Assembly (NCBI GenBank): GCA_963668175.1
Contig: OY764159.1
Coordinates: 2,784,001-2,848,000 of the forward strand
Source of the DNA: Syntrophales bacterium
GTDB lineage: Bacteria; Desulfobacterota; Syntrophia; Syntrophales; PHBD01
DNA: 64,000 bases
Direction of reading: 5' to 3'
Numbering within the stretch: position 1 is the stretch's first letter; each line of letters starts with the position of its first letter. Shown one piece after another: positions 20,455 to 30,909 of this stretch. The translations under genes were made by a program, and so were the position numbers. The notes under the pieces are model-generated. The model was not told the DNA's origin, ran no database searches, and was given only the letters and a program-made list of their open reading frames with translations.

Positions 20455-20764
20455 TGCCGGGACAGGCACAGGCCGTCTCAATATTCGCCGCGGCTCAGAA
20501 AGAATGCTCGGTTCAAAGGGATATGTGAAAATGAAAAGCAAGGTATCTCCGCATCGCATTCTTTTGTCTGTAAAGGGCAAATGACCTCATTGTTTTGGCC
20601 CCTGGGGGCTTACCAAAGTTTTTGGAACACCCGCGACGATGGTATTTTACCGAATCAATAATTTACCCCGATACGAGTCGAATTGATGGAAAAATGAATA
20701 TGGGAGGAGCAACGAGAGATTTTTTTATTCGTTGATCAAGCGGGAAGGCATAGGAGGGAAAAAA

Positions 20765-22258
20765 TTGAAAACGAAAGCGATCTTGATAGTGCTGATCTGT
20801 ATTGCCGCCTGCGCCGGCTATCAACAACCTGCCAGGGCATCCGGGGACGCCGCCGTTACATGCCGGAGCGCCAAGGAGTGCGTCGATCGGGGAATTCGCA
20901 AATTCAATGAACGGCAGTACGACTCGGCCATCGCCTATTATACGCGGGCCATCGCGCTTGATCCCGAATATGCCGCCGCGTACGATCGCCGCGCGAATGC
21001 CCATGCCCTCAAACAGGACTATCGCAGCGCCATTGCCGATTATACCGAGGCCATTAGAATCGATCCCGGGTTTGCCGAGGCCTACCATGGGCGCGGGCTT
21101 GCCTACGCGAAAACAGGGGATAGCGACCTCGCCATTGCCGATTACACGGCGGCCATCGACCGCAAGTGGCGGGATGTCGTTCAGTCCTACTATTATCGCG
21201 GCAATGCCTATTATAATGTGGGGAAGAACGATCTCGCCGTTCGCGATTACGATGAAGTCCTTCGCATCGATCCTAAAGCTGCCAACGCCTGCTTCAATCG
21301 CGGCCTTGCATACAAGAGGATGGGGGACGACGCCAGGGCCGCTGCGGATTTCGACAGGGTGATCGCCCTCGATCCGAAACACGCGGAGGCGTACTATTGG
21401 CGCGGCGCTATCTTTCAGAAAAGAAAGGATTACGACCGTGCCGTCGCCGATTTCAGCCAGGCCCTTGCCGTCAATCCGCAGCACGCCAAAGCCCGTCTCG
21501 TCCGGGGGAATGCCTATGCCGAAAAAGGAGACTATAACACCGCCATTGCCGATTATACCCAGGTCATTCTGATGAATCCCGCTTTTGCAGATGCAAGTCT
21601 TAACCGCGGACGCGTTTACATGGAAACCGGGGACGATGCCAGGGCCGTTGCCGATTTCACAAGGATGATCACCCTCGACCCGAAGCACGCGGAGGCGCAC
21701 TATTTGCGCGGACGTATCTATCAGAAAAGAAAGGATTACGACCGTGCCATCGCCGATTTCAGCCAGACCATCGCCTTCAATCCGCAGCACGCGAAAGCCC
21801 GGCTCGCCAGGGGGAATGCCTATGCCGAAAAAGGCGACTATAACAACGCTATCGCGGATTATACCGAGGTCATCCGGATGAATCTTCCGGATAAGTACAA
21901 GGTGGGGGTTATCGTTAATCGCGGCCTTGCATACGAGAAAATGGGGGACGATGCCGGGGCCATTGCCGAGTTCACGAGCGCCATCGCCCTCGATCCGGAA
22001 AATGCGGCCCCATACTATGCCCGCGGGCGCAGCTATCTTAAAATATGGGATTTCGACCGCGCCTTTACGGATTTCAATAAGGCCATTGCCGTCAATCCAC
22101 AGTATCGGGAAGCTTACATGGCCCGCGGCGCTTCCCTCCTGGGGAAGGGGAAATGTGCCGAGGCATGGCGGGACGTGAGGCACGCAGAAGGACTGGGCGA
22201 GATACCAAATCCAAACTTCTATAAGTTCCTCAACGAAAAATGCCCGCCGCAACAGTAG
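20765..22258 (+). CDS. Exported TPR-repeat protein
   Basis: About 13 34-aa TPR units (RG-x-AY…A-x-ADY/F…P); N-terminal signal or lipoprotein-like sequence; TTG start after ggaggg. Confidence 0.9.
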   Translation: MKTKAILIVLICIAACAGYQQPARASGDAAVTCRSAKECVDRGIRKFNERQYDSAIAYYTRAIALDPEYAAAYDRRANAHALKQDYRSAIADYTEAIRIDPGFAEAYHGRGLAYAKTGDSDLAIADYTAAIDRKWRDVVQSYYYRGNAYYNVGKNDLAVRDYDEVLRIDPKAANACFNRGLAYKRMGDDARAAADFDRVIALDPKHAEAYYWRGAIFQKRKDYDRAVADFSQALAVNPQHAKARLVRGNAYAEKGDYNTAIADYTQVILMNPAFADASLNRGRVYMETGDDARAVADFTRMITLDPKHAEAHYLRGRIYQKRKDYDRAIADFSQTIAFNPQHAKARLARGNAYAEKGDYNNAIADYTEVIRMNLPDKYKVGVIVNRGLAYEKMGDDAGAIAEFTSAIALDPENAAPYYARGRSYLKIWDFDRAFTDFNKAIAVNPQYREAYMARGASLLGKGKCAEAWRDVRHAEGLGEIPNPNFYKFLNEKCPPQQ

Positions 22259-22516
22259 CTCTTTTTAGGCGATGACGGAAAATCGGTTCAGAGGATCGTG
22301 AACGAAACCCGATTGCAACGATGGCAGAGAATGAAGAACGGGTACGATGAAATCGTCATCGGCAATCTCAAGCGGGGAGAAATCGGTACAGGGATTGCCA
22401 GTCAAGAAGCGTCTTGCGCGTTTGGGACAATGACGACGACCTGTCCATTGCCCAAAAGAATTTGAGAGAAAAAGCATTATCTTTCACGGAAGAACAGAGA
22501 CCGGAGGGTTCGAAGA

Positions 22517-23374
22517 ATGGCAGCAGAAAACAAGAAGAACGATAATGAAAAGACGTTAAAAAAGGGATTTGAAATATTTAATTTTGTGAAAGATATCGCA
22601 AGCAAGACCGGTGACATCCTTGCGACCGGAAATTCCACCGTAAAATTAATCAAAATGGGAGTGGACGGTTCAATGACGGTACTACAGAGTATTCCAAAGT
22701 CGCTACTGGAAGGAGAATTAGTTCCTATTGGCCTTGTAAAAGAACTTGGCACATGGGGTGCTTCCTCCGCAGTCGGCGAGACGATCATTGTAACGGCGGG
22801 CGGTTTGGCATCCGCCGGAGCAGCGACCATTTTAGGGGCGGCAACGCTGACCGCAGCGGCAGGCGCGCTATACGGTGCTTTATGGCAAAAGGTGTATGAG
22901 CATTCGAAGGAGAACCCTATATGGGAAGGCGCGCCCGAGATGAAATACGACGGTATGTATCTGCATGATCCCTCCAAATCCGGAAACGAGATACCAAATG
23001 AAGATGCCATTATGAAGAACTATTCCCTGAACGATCCCGGCAAGCCATTGAAGCATGCATTGACCGCGCTGGGATTGAAACCCGACGAGGTGCATCTAGC
23101 TCCGGCGGCGAGCAATGGGAATTCGACGTCGGAAGCCCTCGCTATAAGGGATAAGGACACATCGGAAAAAATAGGCTCCTGCGTGATGACGCCTGGCGGC
23201 TGCGAAATGACCGCGGGCGACAGGAAGGTCGTGATGGACCGGATAAGCGGCAGCGACATTCATCTGGAAACGTATGCCAAAAACGACGATGGAAAATATA
23301 AACTCCTGGGGCAGACAAGAATCGGCGACAACGACGGGATCACCGTGAGAAGGCCGTTTACGGGGCTCGCCTGA
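22517..23374 (+). CDS. Putative effector E4: Gly/Ala-rich hydrophobic N-terminal region + conserved C-terminal domain
   Basis: IIVTAGGLASAGAATILGAATLTAAAGALYGALW; shared C-terminal domain at 23045-23374; no signal peptide. Confidence 0.78.
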   Translation: MAAENKKNDNEKTLKKGFEIFNFVKDIASKTGDILATGNSTVKLIKMGVDGSMTVLQSIPKSLLEGELVPIGLVKELGTWGASSAVGETIIVTAGGLASAGAATILGAATLTAAAGALYGALWQKVYEHSKENPIWEGAPEMKYDGMYLHDPSKSGNEIPNEDAIMKNYSLNDPGKPLKHALTALGLKPDEVHLAPAASNGNSTSEALAIRDKDTSEKIGSCVMTPGGCEMTAGDRKVVMDRISGSDIHLETYAKNDDGKYKLLGQTRIGDNDGITVRRPFTGLA

Positions 23375-23604
23375 TGCCGGGACAGGCACAGGCCGTCTCA
23401 ATATTCGCCGCGACACTGCATGAAAATTCGGTTCATGGAGGATGAAACGTGAAGCAGCCGTTTCCCGAATTCGGGGTACCGCATCCCCTCGTACAGGATG
23501 CGGTACGTAATGATCTATTGTTTCTTCTCATAGTGTTGGGAATTCCGGGAATTCGCGCAGTCGGAATGCTATGCTGGCATTTCAGGATACGGGGAGGCAC
23601 GTCA

Positions 23605-24507
23605 ATGCCGGCTTTTAAACCGTTTACATGGATTGCGGTTCTCATCGTCATCGCGGTTATTCCCGCGCCTGGATTTGCCGCGCCGCATATCGTTCCGCTT
23701 GACTCCGTGTTCAAAGTGACAGAGGTGCCCTACGAAGGCGGCGAATTAATGATGCCCGGCAAGGATAGCAGCGGCAAAAAGAACGGCGATGGGGAGGAAT
23801 CCTTTTCTCCCGGCTGGAAGAAGCTCTTTCTTAGCGTACCGGGCAGCAAGCGATCATACTTGTTGGACGGAACATGCGTCCATTATGATCGGAACGCAAT
23901 CGACCTCGGCGACGGGCGCATCGTTATGGCGTGCCAATCGGGAGGCAACCATTGCTGCAGCACATACGTGAGCCTGCTGAAGGACAGTAAAAAAGGCACG
24001 CTGAAGGTCGCCGGTTCGAGAACGATCATTCATCCCGAGCTGGGCATAGACAAAGAAAGCATCGGGCCTGTCGATTCCCGGGGAAACCTGAGCATCGAAG
24101 TTCACGGATTTACCGATCGATACGACGACGATATCGAAAAAGCGAGCCACGAACCTTCTTTCATCTATTACATCAAGATCCTTAAGACCGGCCATGTGGC
24201 CGTCGACAGGGACGTTAAAGCGTACGAGAACATCATCGCGAAGCTCAAAACATCGTTGTCGAAATCGTACGATTTCGAGATGTATGTGCAGCTTGTCTTT
24301 TATAACCGTCTTCTCGATCTGAAACTTTCCGAAAACGCCTATCTGAGCAAAGCCTCGGCGTCCGAAAAAGGCGTTGCCGCCCGCGGCGTCAAGTGGATAT
24401 TTGAAGAAATGCCGTTTCTCAGGATTATCAACGACGATGATGGTTTTGCTCTGAAGCCGACCGCCCCGATCTCAGGCCATGACGCTGTTCAAAAAAAGAA
24501 ACGCTGA
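23605..24507 (+). CDS. Exported hypothetical protein (SGGNHCC motif), possible orphan immunity protein
   Basis: RBS ggagg, signal peptide ending …PGFA; follows E4 with no effector downstream. Confidence 0.65.
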   Translation: MPAFKPFTWIAVLIVIAVIPAPGFAAPHIVPLDSVFKVTEVPYEGGELMMPGKDSSGKKNGDGEESFSPGWKKLFLSVPGSKRSYLLDGTCVHYDRNAIDLGDGRIVMACQSGGNHCCSTYVSLLKDSKKGTLKVAGSRTIIHPELGIDKESIGPVDSRGNLSIEVHGFTDRYDDDIEKASHEPSFIYYIKILKTGHVAVDRDVKAYENIIAKLKTSLSKSYDFEMYVQLVFYNRLLDLKLSENAYLSKASASEKGVAARGVKWIFEEMPFLRIINDDDGFALKPTAPISGHDAVQKKKR

Positions 24508-24791
24508 ACAGTGAGGGCATTCGCCCTGCATGGACAATTTAGACCATTTGCGCGGACACGACGGCCCGGGAAAGGGCAGGGCTGGTAGCGTTCCAAGGCA
24601 AAGAGCAAACAACGCCGACTGCGCCCGCAATGCCTTTCTGACGGGCGTTACGATAGATTGAGGAATGCCGGCCGGGAGAGTCGGAAAATCCGCCGCCATT
24701 TAATCGGCCGGCCGATCCCTACCCAAAAGCCGGTGCAATTGACATGCTGAAATCGATCCTTACATTAAGGGTAAGGGGAAGGAGGTGCGTT

Positions 24792-25301
24792 ATGATCGAT
24801 TCAGCGAATGCCATCTCCACGAATCCGGTTTTAGCCGCGATCGCCGCAAACGCCCTGCAAATACGAGCGATTGCCGATCTCCCTCCAACTTACAGTGCGC
24901 AGTTTTCGGATACGGTGACTGTTTCCCGGGCGGCAACCGATTTGGCCGATGCCCTGAAGACTCAAAATACCGACGATTTTGCCCGGCAATTGGCGAACGC
25001 TGCCGATCAGGCGGCAGCGGGAACAACTGCGACGCAGGATCAGGTGCAGGCGAACGATCGACTTTCTCTGGACACGGCTGAGCAATTTCTGGATACGGTG
25101 GCGGCTGAAGACGTTTTGGCAAACGACCTCCAGGCGCAGAAAGACAGGGATTATGCCCAACTGTTGGCGGATATTGCGAATCTGACGGCAACGGAAACGG
25201 TCGCGACCCAAAATATGGAGATCGACAGCGCCGCTTATTCCATGGCGTCGGCGAACAGATACCGGCAGAGAAGGGTCTCTCTGAAGGACCTGAAAATCTA
25301 A
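24792..25301 (+). CDS. Ala/Asp/Gln-rich hypothetical protein
   Basis: RBS aaggagg; low-complexity helical sequence with SDTVTVS motif. Confidence 0.65.
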   Translation: MIDSANAISTNPVLAAIAANALQIRAIADLPPTYSAQFSDTVTVSRAATDLADALKTQNTDDFARQLANAADQAAAGTTATQDQVQANDRLSLDTAEQFLDTVAAEDVLANDLQAQKDRDYAQLLADIANLTATETVATQNMEIDSAAYSMASANRYRQRRVSLKDLKI

Positions 25302-25614
25302 AACGTGTGCCCCGCTTGTTAGGAAATTCGGGCAAAGGGGAGAACGCTGTGCCCGTTTCGTCTCATTCCGTATATCCTTCCCGTAGCTATTACTTCGATA
25401 TCTAACGGATATCCGCGACAACCGGTTCGTGAATCCGGATCTGCATGGGAAATCCGACGGCAGGAACGGCCGCGCAAGACGGCCGGAAATAGGACGGCAA
25501 CGATGATCGCGGCAAGGGACGGCAGACCGGCATTGCAAAGTGCGGCAGGAAGGGCAGGGCGACGGGGAATCGGTAAAACGGTGTTGCGTTCGGGGAAAGC
25601 CCGGCATGACGGGT

Positions 25615-25647
25615 AAAAAAAGAGGCCGGGGGTTTAGCCCCGGCCTC
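25615..25647 (-). terminator. Rho-independent terminator of the flavoprotein gene
   Basis: gaggccgggg/ccccggcctc stem with an A-run on the plus strand. Confidence 0.75.
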
Positions 25648-25673
25648 GATGCAGCATAAGTTAGGTTAAAGGA

Positions 25674-27230
25674 TCAGGCTTTCTCTTTGGCTGCGTTCGT
25701 TCCGGCGATGCGGCCGAAGACGATGGCATCCGGCGTTGCGTTGCTGCCCAGGCGGTTCGATCCGTGGACGCCGCCCACGACTTCGCCCGCCGCGTAGAAG
25801 CGCGGAATGGGCTTGCCCCAGATGTCGATGACCTGGGCCTGCTCGTTGATCCTCAGGCCGCCCATGCAGTGATGCACGGCGGGCCACTGGGGCAGCGCGT
25901 AGAACGGGCCTTCGACAATGGGTATCATCTTGTTCGTGATGGGCTTGTTGAAATCGGGGTCCTTGCCGTCGGCAAGGTACTGGTTGTGTTTCTTGATCGT
26001 CTCCTCGAACGCATCGGTGGGTATGCCGATCTTGCCCGCCAGCTCCTTCAGGGAATCGGCCTTGACGAAGCGGCCGTTATCCAGGCCCCTCTTCAGCTCT
26101 TCCGGCGTGCCGAGCAGCGGCGCGATTTTCTCGCAGAAGATGGAGTACGTCGGCTTCGAGCCCGTGGCGATGGCGGCGCGCGAGCAGACGTCGCGGCGCT
26201 CCAGCTCGCTCACATAGCGCTTCCCGTTCCTCGCGACATAGACGATCCCGGCGCCGGGGCCCCGGAAGGGGAACACGGCCGACGAATCGAGGATGCCGGT
26301 TTCCGGCTCCGCGAAGGGATAGAGCTGGATGAAGGCGAGCTGCAGGGAATCGGCGCCGATGGCCTGGGCGAAACGGATCGTCTCGCCGGTCGCGCCCTTG
26401 TGGTTCGTGCAGTTGACCGAAGGCGTGACGCTCGGGTTGAAATCCTGCCGCATTTTGATGTCCTGGCCGAATCCGCCCGATGCATAGACCAGGGCGTACT
26501 TGACCTTGATGTTGGATTTCCTGCTTCTCGTGGCCACTTCCACACCGAGGACCGGGCCTTCGACATCCTTTCGCCAGACCCAGTTCACCGTGGTTCCCAG
26601 CCTGATCTTCGTGCCGCTCGCCTCCGCCATTTTCTTCAGGGCTTCGGTGAAACCGCGGCCTACGCCGTCAACGCATGTCCGGGCGCGGTATGCCGTGTGC
26701 CCGCCCGCGCGGCTTGCGTTCTCACGCATCTTGAGGCCGCCCTGATCGATCATCCAGTTCAGGGTGTCGGGTGCGCCTTCGACCATGATCTTCACCAGGG
26801 CGGGGATGTTGTAGTAGTCGCCGCCCTTGAGGGTGTCTTCGAAATGCTGTTTCGTGCTGTCCTCGCCGAGGTTCAGCTTCTGGCGGATATGGAATTTGTC
26901 GTCGGACGACGCGTATTCGCCGCCGTTGATGATCGAGTTGCCGCCGTAGGTAGGCATCTTTTCGAGGATGACGACTTTCCGTCCCCGTGACGCCGCTTCC
27001 GCCGCGGCCGCGAGGCCCGCGAAACCGGAACCGATGACGAGCACGTCCACCTCTTCATCCCATTTCGCGGGGAGCTTCCTGATCGCGGCACCCGCCGTTC
27101 CCGGCATGGCCATGTTCAGGGCCAGGCCTCCGCCCGCCGCCATGGCGCCCAGGGCGACTGCCCCTTTCAGAATCGAACGGCGGTTTACGCCTTTTCCTTC
27201 GAGTATTTCTTTCTTTTCTTCCTTCTTCAT
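25674..27230 (-). CDS. Tat-exported flavocytochrome c flavin subunit (fumarate/urocanate reductase family)
   Basis: NRRSILK Tat motif, GSGFAGLAAA FAD fold, GGNS, VHHCMGG, GSNRLGSNA. Confidence 0.92.
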   Translation of the reverse strand: MKKEEKKEILEGKGVNRRSILKGAVALGAMAAGGGLALNMAMPGTAGAAIRKLPAKWDEEVDVLVIGSGFAGLAAAAEAASRGRKVVILEKMPTYGGNSIINGGEYASSDDKFHIRQKLNLGEDSTKQHFEDTLKGGDYYNIPALVKIMVEGAPDTLNWMIDQGGLKMRENASRAGGHTAYRARTCVDGVGRGFTEALKKMAEASGTKIRLGTTVNWVWRKDVEGPVLGVEVATRSRKSNIKVKYALVYASGGFGQDIKMRQDFNPSVTPSVNCTNHKGATGETIRFAQAIGADSLQLAFIQLYPFAEPETGILDSSAVFPFRGPGAGIVYVARNGKRYVSELERRDVCSRAAIATGSKPTYSIFCEKIAPLLGTPEELKRGLDNGRFVKADSLKELAGKIGIPTDAFEETIKKHNQYLADGKDPDFNKPITNKMIPIVEGPFYALPQWPAVHHCMGGLRINEQAQVIDIWGKPIPRFYAAGEVVGGVHGSNRLGSNATPDAIVFGRIAGTNAAKEKA

Positions 27231-27956
27231 GCAAACCTCCTGCCTTTCAATCGATGTTGGTGGTGAATGATCCCGCCTGCGCGGCGGTAAGTCTAATCCG
27301 TTGGTGAACCATTCTGATTGCCGGGGTATCTCCTTTCGTTGACGATGATTGCTTCAATGCTTGCGCGATTGATCCATCCGTCGCTCCGTCTGCGGTCCCC
27401 TCATGAAACAGCCACCCGCTATTCACCACCACCGCAAAGAGGTTCTTTGCTGCCGATGCCCCTTTGAAAACGTCCCCGCGCGGATGCCCCTAACATCCCC
27501 GCGGCCCTGAAATGATCTCACGGGTAAAAAAGCGGTCCCGGAAAACACAAAACCCCGCCTCTGGAAAGAGAGACGGGGTTTCGAATATTCCTGCATAACG
27601 CGCTTTCGTAAAGACGGTTCTGGAGCCGGTTAACGATGTCCACTTTAATGCCTTTTCTGACATATTAAAGCAAAATGCACAAAATTGCCAAGACAATTTT
27701 TCGCCCCCTGCCGGCGTGACCGGCGAAAAAGAGCGATCCATTTTCCGGCCGGTTCGTTACAATTGCCGATCATACGGGACTTTCGAAGGCGGGTACGGCC
27801 AAGGCCGGACGTAACCGGTTATCCGGGAAACCGCGAAAACGTCCGGTTCCATCTATCGCTTCAAAAACAGAAATGCTGGAATATTGTAATGCAAGATGAT
27901 TCTTCTGCAATTCCCTTAATATCAGTATGTTATGATTATATTATACCATATTCTTA

Positions 27957-27985
27957 TTGACATCTATAGGAAAATATATTATAAT
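27957..27985 (+). promoter_or_regulatory. Consensus sigma-70 promoter of WG-repeat/E5 operon
   Basis: TTGACA-17 bp-TATAAT, exact consensus. Confidence 0.8.
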
Positions 27986-28055
27986 TTCGGCATGATAACA
28001 CAGAGCGGCCGGACAGGACAGAAGGCGTTCGGACCGTTGGCTGTCTAAAAGGGGG

Positions 28056-29168
28056 ATGCACAAGATGAACGGAAGAAATACAGGGGCGAACAGGATTATA
28101 CCAATCATTTTGATCGTATGGGTATGCATCGCTGTGTCCGCAGGCGACGCAGGATCAACCGACAGCTATTTCCCTTGCCCCGTTTATGTCAACGCAGGTC
28201 TCAAGGGCAAGCTCCGTCACGTGAAAAAATGGGGTTATATGGACATCCATGAAAAGATCGTCATCAAGCCGCGTTTTAAGGAAGCGTGGAGTTTCAGCGA
28301 AGGGCTGGCCCATGCGATGAATGCCAGATATAAATACGGCTTCATCGATCTTAAGGGGAATTGGGCCGTCAAGCCGCAATTCGACAACGTGAGAAGTTTC
28401 CGTGAGGGCATGGCGGCGGTTTCAATCAAAAGGAAATATGGGTTTGTCGATAAAACGGGCCGGCTCGTCGTCCCGCTTGTCTATGATAACGCTATGGACT
28501 TCCGCGAAGGCCTGGCCCTAGTTGCGGACAACGACAAATGGGGTTTTGTAGATAAAACGGGCCGGGTGGTCGTCCCGCTCATATACGACGAACATGTCTC
28601 GTGCTTCCGCGAAGGTCTGGCCTGTTTTAAGGAAAACAAGAAATACGGTTTCATGGATAAAAAAGGGCAGGTTGTCATTCCGGCGCAGTTCGACAGGGTC
28701 TTGTATGGCTTCAGCGAAGGCCTGGCAGGCGTTCAGATTAACGGGAAATGGGGTTTCATCGACCGCTTCGGCCGGATCGTCATCGAGCCGAAATTCGACA
28801 GGGCCGGGAGGACGGTCATGTTCCGGGAAGGGCTTGCCGCCGTGAAAATCGACGGCAAGTGCGGCTTCATCGACAAGACGGGAGCTATCCGGATCAAGCC
28901 CGATTACAGTTATGCGTTCGACTTTTCCGAGGGGTTCGCGACGGTGACTTTTGATGATGGTACGGACGCTTATATCGACAAATCGGGAAACATCGTCATC
29001 AGGATTGAGGAAAATAAGGGGACTGCATATTGGGAAGGCGATTTCCGCAAAGAAGGCGTAGCGAAAATATGTTTTAACGATTCCAAATATTCGGCAGAGG
29101 ATTGCGGATTCATCAATCGTCAGGGGATATTTGTCATTCAACCTAAATACAATTCCATTCATAATTAA
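28056..29168 (+). CDS. WG-repeat exported protein, putative immunity for E5
   Basis: Repeated F(S/R)EGLA-x-V…K(W/Y)GF(I/V)DK-x-G units; signal peptide; ends 24 bp before E5. Confidence 0.9.
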   Translation: MHKMNGRNTGANRIIPIILIVWVCIAVSAGDAGSTDSYFPCPVYVNAGLKGKLRHVKKWGYMDIHEKIVIKPRFKEAWSFSEGLAHAMNARYKYGFIDLKGNWAVKPQFDNVRSFREGMAAVSIKRKYGFVDKTGRLVVPLVYDNAMDFREGLALVADNDKWGFVDKTGRVVVPLIYDEHVSCFREGLACFKENKKYGFMDKKGQVVIPAQFDRVLYGFSEGLAGVQINGKWGFIDRFGRIVIEPKFDRAGRTVMFREGLAAVKIDGKCGFIDKTGAIRIKPDYSYAFDFSEGFATVTFDDGTDAYIDKSGNIVIRIEENKGTAYWEGDFRKEGVAKICFNDSKYSAEDCGFINRQGIFVIQPKYNSIHN

Positions 29169-29192
29169 TTTCTTTGACCAAGGAGGAATAGA

Positions 29193-30419
29193 ATGGCGGG
29201 AACAATTTACAGCAATTTGCAGACCCAAAAACAGAAAGACTGGTACCGTGGCATTGCTCTATTCGGAGACAAGAAAGAAATACCGCTGGATGTGATCAAT
29301 GCCGTGCTCCTGCTCGGGAATCTCGAATCTCGCGGTTTTAGACCGGAGGCGGAGAGCGGTACCGGGGCTTCGGGACTGTTTCAGTATATGGAAGGAAGGT
29401 GGACGGACATCACAGACAAAAATAAAAAGAATAAATTGTATTACGATACTTACAACCAAATGATCGATTGGGGATACAATCCAGCGAGACGCGAGAGGGA
29501 GAATCCGGCCGATCAGGTAATCGTCGTATACGCGGAGGTAGCGAGTTATACGAAGGAATTCAATTCAGCGACTAAACCCCGTGGAAAACGCAACTCGGAT
29601 TATAAGAATGCGTGGAACGCTTACGATAAGGCATGTAAAGGATTGGGGAAGGACTGCCCCACCGATCCCTATGAGAGATACATCCTGTTTGTCCAGGCGG
29701 CTCACCACGGACCGAGCAATATTCAGGAAGTGATAACCGGCTGGAAAAAGCAAATACTACCCAATATCAAGGACAATTTAGAATTTCTGAAATCGAAACG
29801 CAAAGAATGGAACCTGAAGGTCTCCCAGGACGATACGGAGGCTGAAACCGACAAGGTTGCCGAGGCGGCAGAACGGGATTCCGGGCGGACAGCGTCGGCT
29901 GCGCAACCGGACGATGCGTATTCGACCGAAGACAGGAAGAGAAAAGACCTCGCTGCGGGAGACGACGCCGAAGCTGAAACGGCGAGAAGAGGCGACGATG
30001 CGGGCGACCGGGATACCGACGATTCCATGAACAGACAGGGCGGCGTTCCCGCGACGGCCGCGAACGGTTCGTCCGTGGGCATTCCCGATGCTCCATGGCG
30101 GCACGCGATGGACGCGCTCGGAGTAACGTCCAGTGAGATACATTTAACCCCAGCGGATAACAGGAATTTAACGTCGGACTCCTTCGAGATCAGAGATAAC
30201 GACTCATCGGAAAAGATCGGTTCTTGTATGATGACTCCCACCGGCTGCGAAATGACAGCGGGCGACAGGAAGGTCGTGATGGATAAGATAAGCGGCAACG
30301 ACGTCAGCGTGGAAACATACGCCCAAAACGACGATGGAGAATATGAACTCCTGGGGACGACAAGAATCGGCGACAACGACGGCATAACGGTGAGAAGGCT
30401 GTGGACGGGGTTTGCGTGA
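29193..30419 (+). CDS. Putative effector E5: SLT/lytic transglycosylase-like domain + conserved C-terminal domain
   Basis: LESRGFRPEAESGTGASGLFQY matches the SLT ES…GA-x-GLFQ motif; acidic linker; C-terminal domain at 30093-30419. Confidence 0.82.
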   Translation: MAGTIYSNLQTQKQKDWYRGIALFGDKKEIPLDVINAVLLLGNLESRGFRPEAESGTGASGLFQYMEGRWTDITDKNKKNKLYYDTYNQMIDWGYNPARRERENPADQVIVVYAEVASYTKEFNSATKPRGKRNSDYKNAWNAYDKACKGLGKDCPTDPYERYILFVQAAHHGPSNIQEVITGWKKQILPNIKDNLEFLKSKRKEWNLKVSQDDTEAETDKVAEAAERDSGRTASAAQPDDAYSTEDRKRKDLAAGDDAEAETARRGDDAGDRDTDDSMNRQGGVPATAANGSSVGIPDAPWRHAMDALGVTSSEIHLTPADNRNLTSDSFEIRDNDSSEKIGSCMMTPTGCEMTAGDRKVVMDKISGNDVSVETYAQNDDGEYELLGTTRIGDNDGITVRRLWTGFA

Positions 30420-30615
30420 TGCAGGGGAGGGCTGATTCTCCGGAGATTGCTTCTGAAAGGAAGAGCAGGAGTCCCTTCACTGGGATTCGATCATGGCCTG
30501 TTCCCGGGAATGACAGATGAGACCGGCACGCATTATTGCGACGCGGCTTCCGGGGCCTGAGGCAGGAAACGATTACGCAAGGATATTTCCATGACGCGGA
30601 GAATGCGGGACAGGG

Positions 30616-30909
30616 TTACGATTTTCGCACGAAATCCGAACAACTGTGTACCGGCAGGAGATACCGATCACGGTGCCTGCAGATGCCGCCGTCGCCGCGA
30701 CTGTCGCCCCTCACGGAACTGAGGCTGCCGATACCCGTGAAATACGCTTCCAGCATAACCGGATCGTTATTGAAATGAGCGCAGTTTCCGCAGCATTGCG
30801 AATCCGGCTTTTCCTTTGCACCATGAGTCGTACGGCGAAAAATGTTCATGAGTATCGTTGTCCGATAACTTTCCGGAAGGCGAAAATCACGCCTTTCTTC
30901 ATGATTCAT
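30616..30909 (-). CDS. Small Cys-rich protein (CCGNCAHF…GIC…C), possible metal or Fe-S binding
   Basis: 3' part of ORF 30616..31269; aagga RBS before MNHEE; CxxC plus two distal Cys. Confidence 0.5.
   Translation of the reverse strand: MNHEERRDFRLPESYRTTILMNIFRRTTHGAKEKPDSQCCGNCAHFNNDPVMLEAYFTGIGSLSSVRGDSRGDGGICRHRDRYLLPVHSCSDFVRKS

Noticed and set aside
24792..25301. FlgM-like or flagellar-exported protein
   Set aside because: Only a short D-x-V-x-V-S motif, no convincing sigma-28 promoter and no flagellar context.
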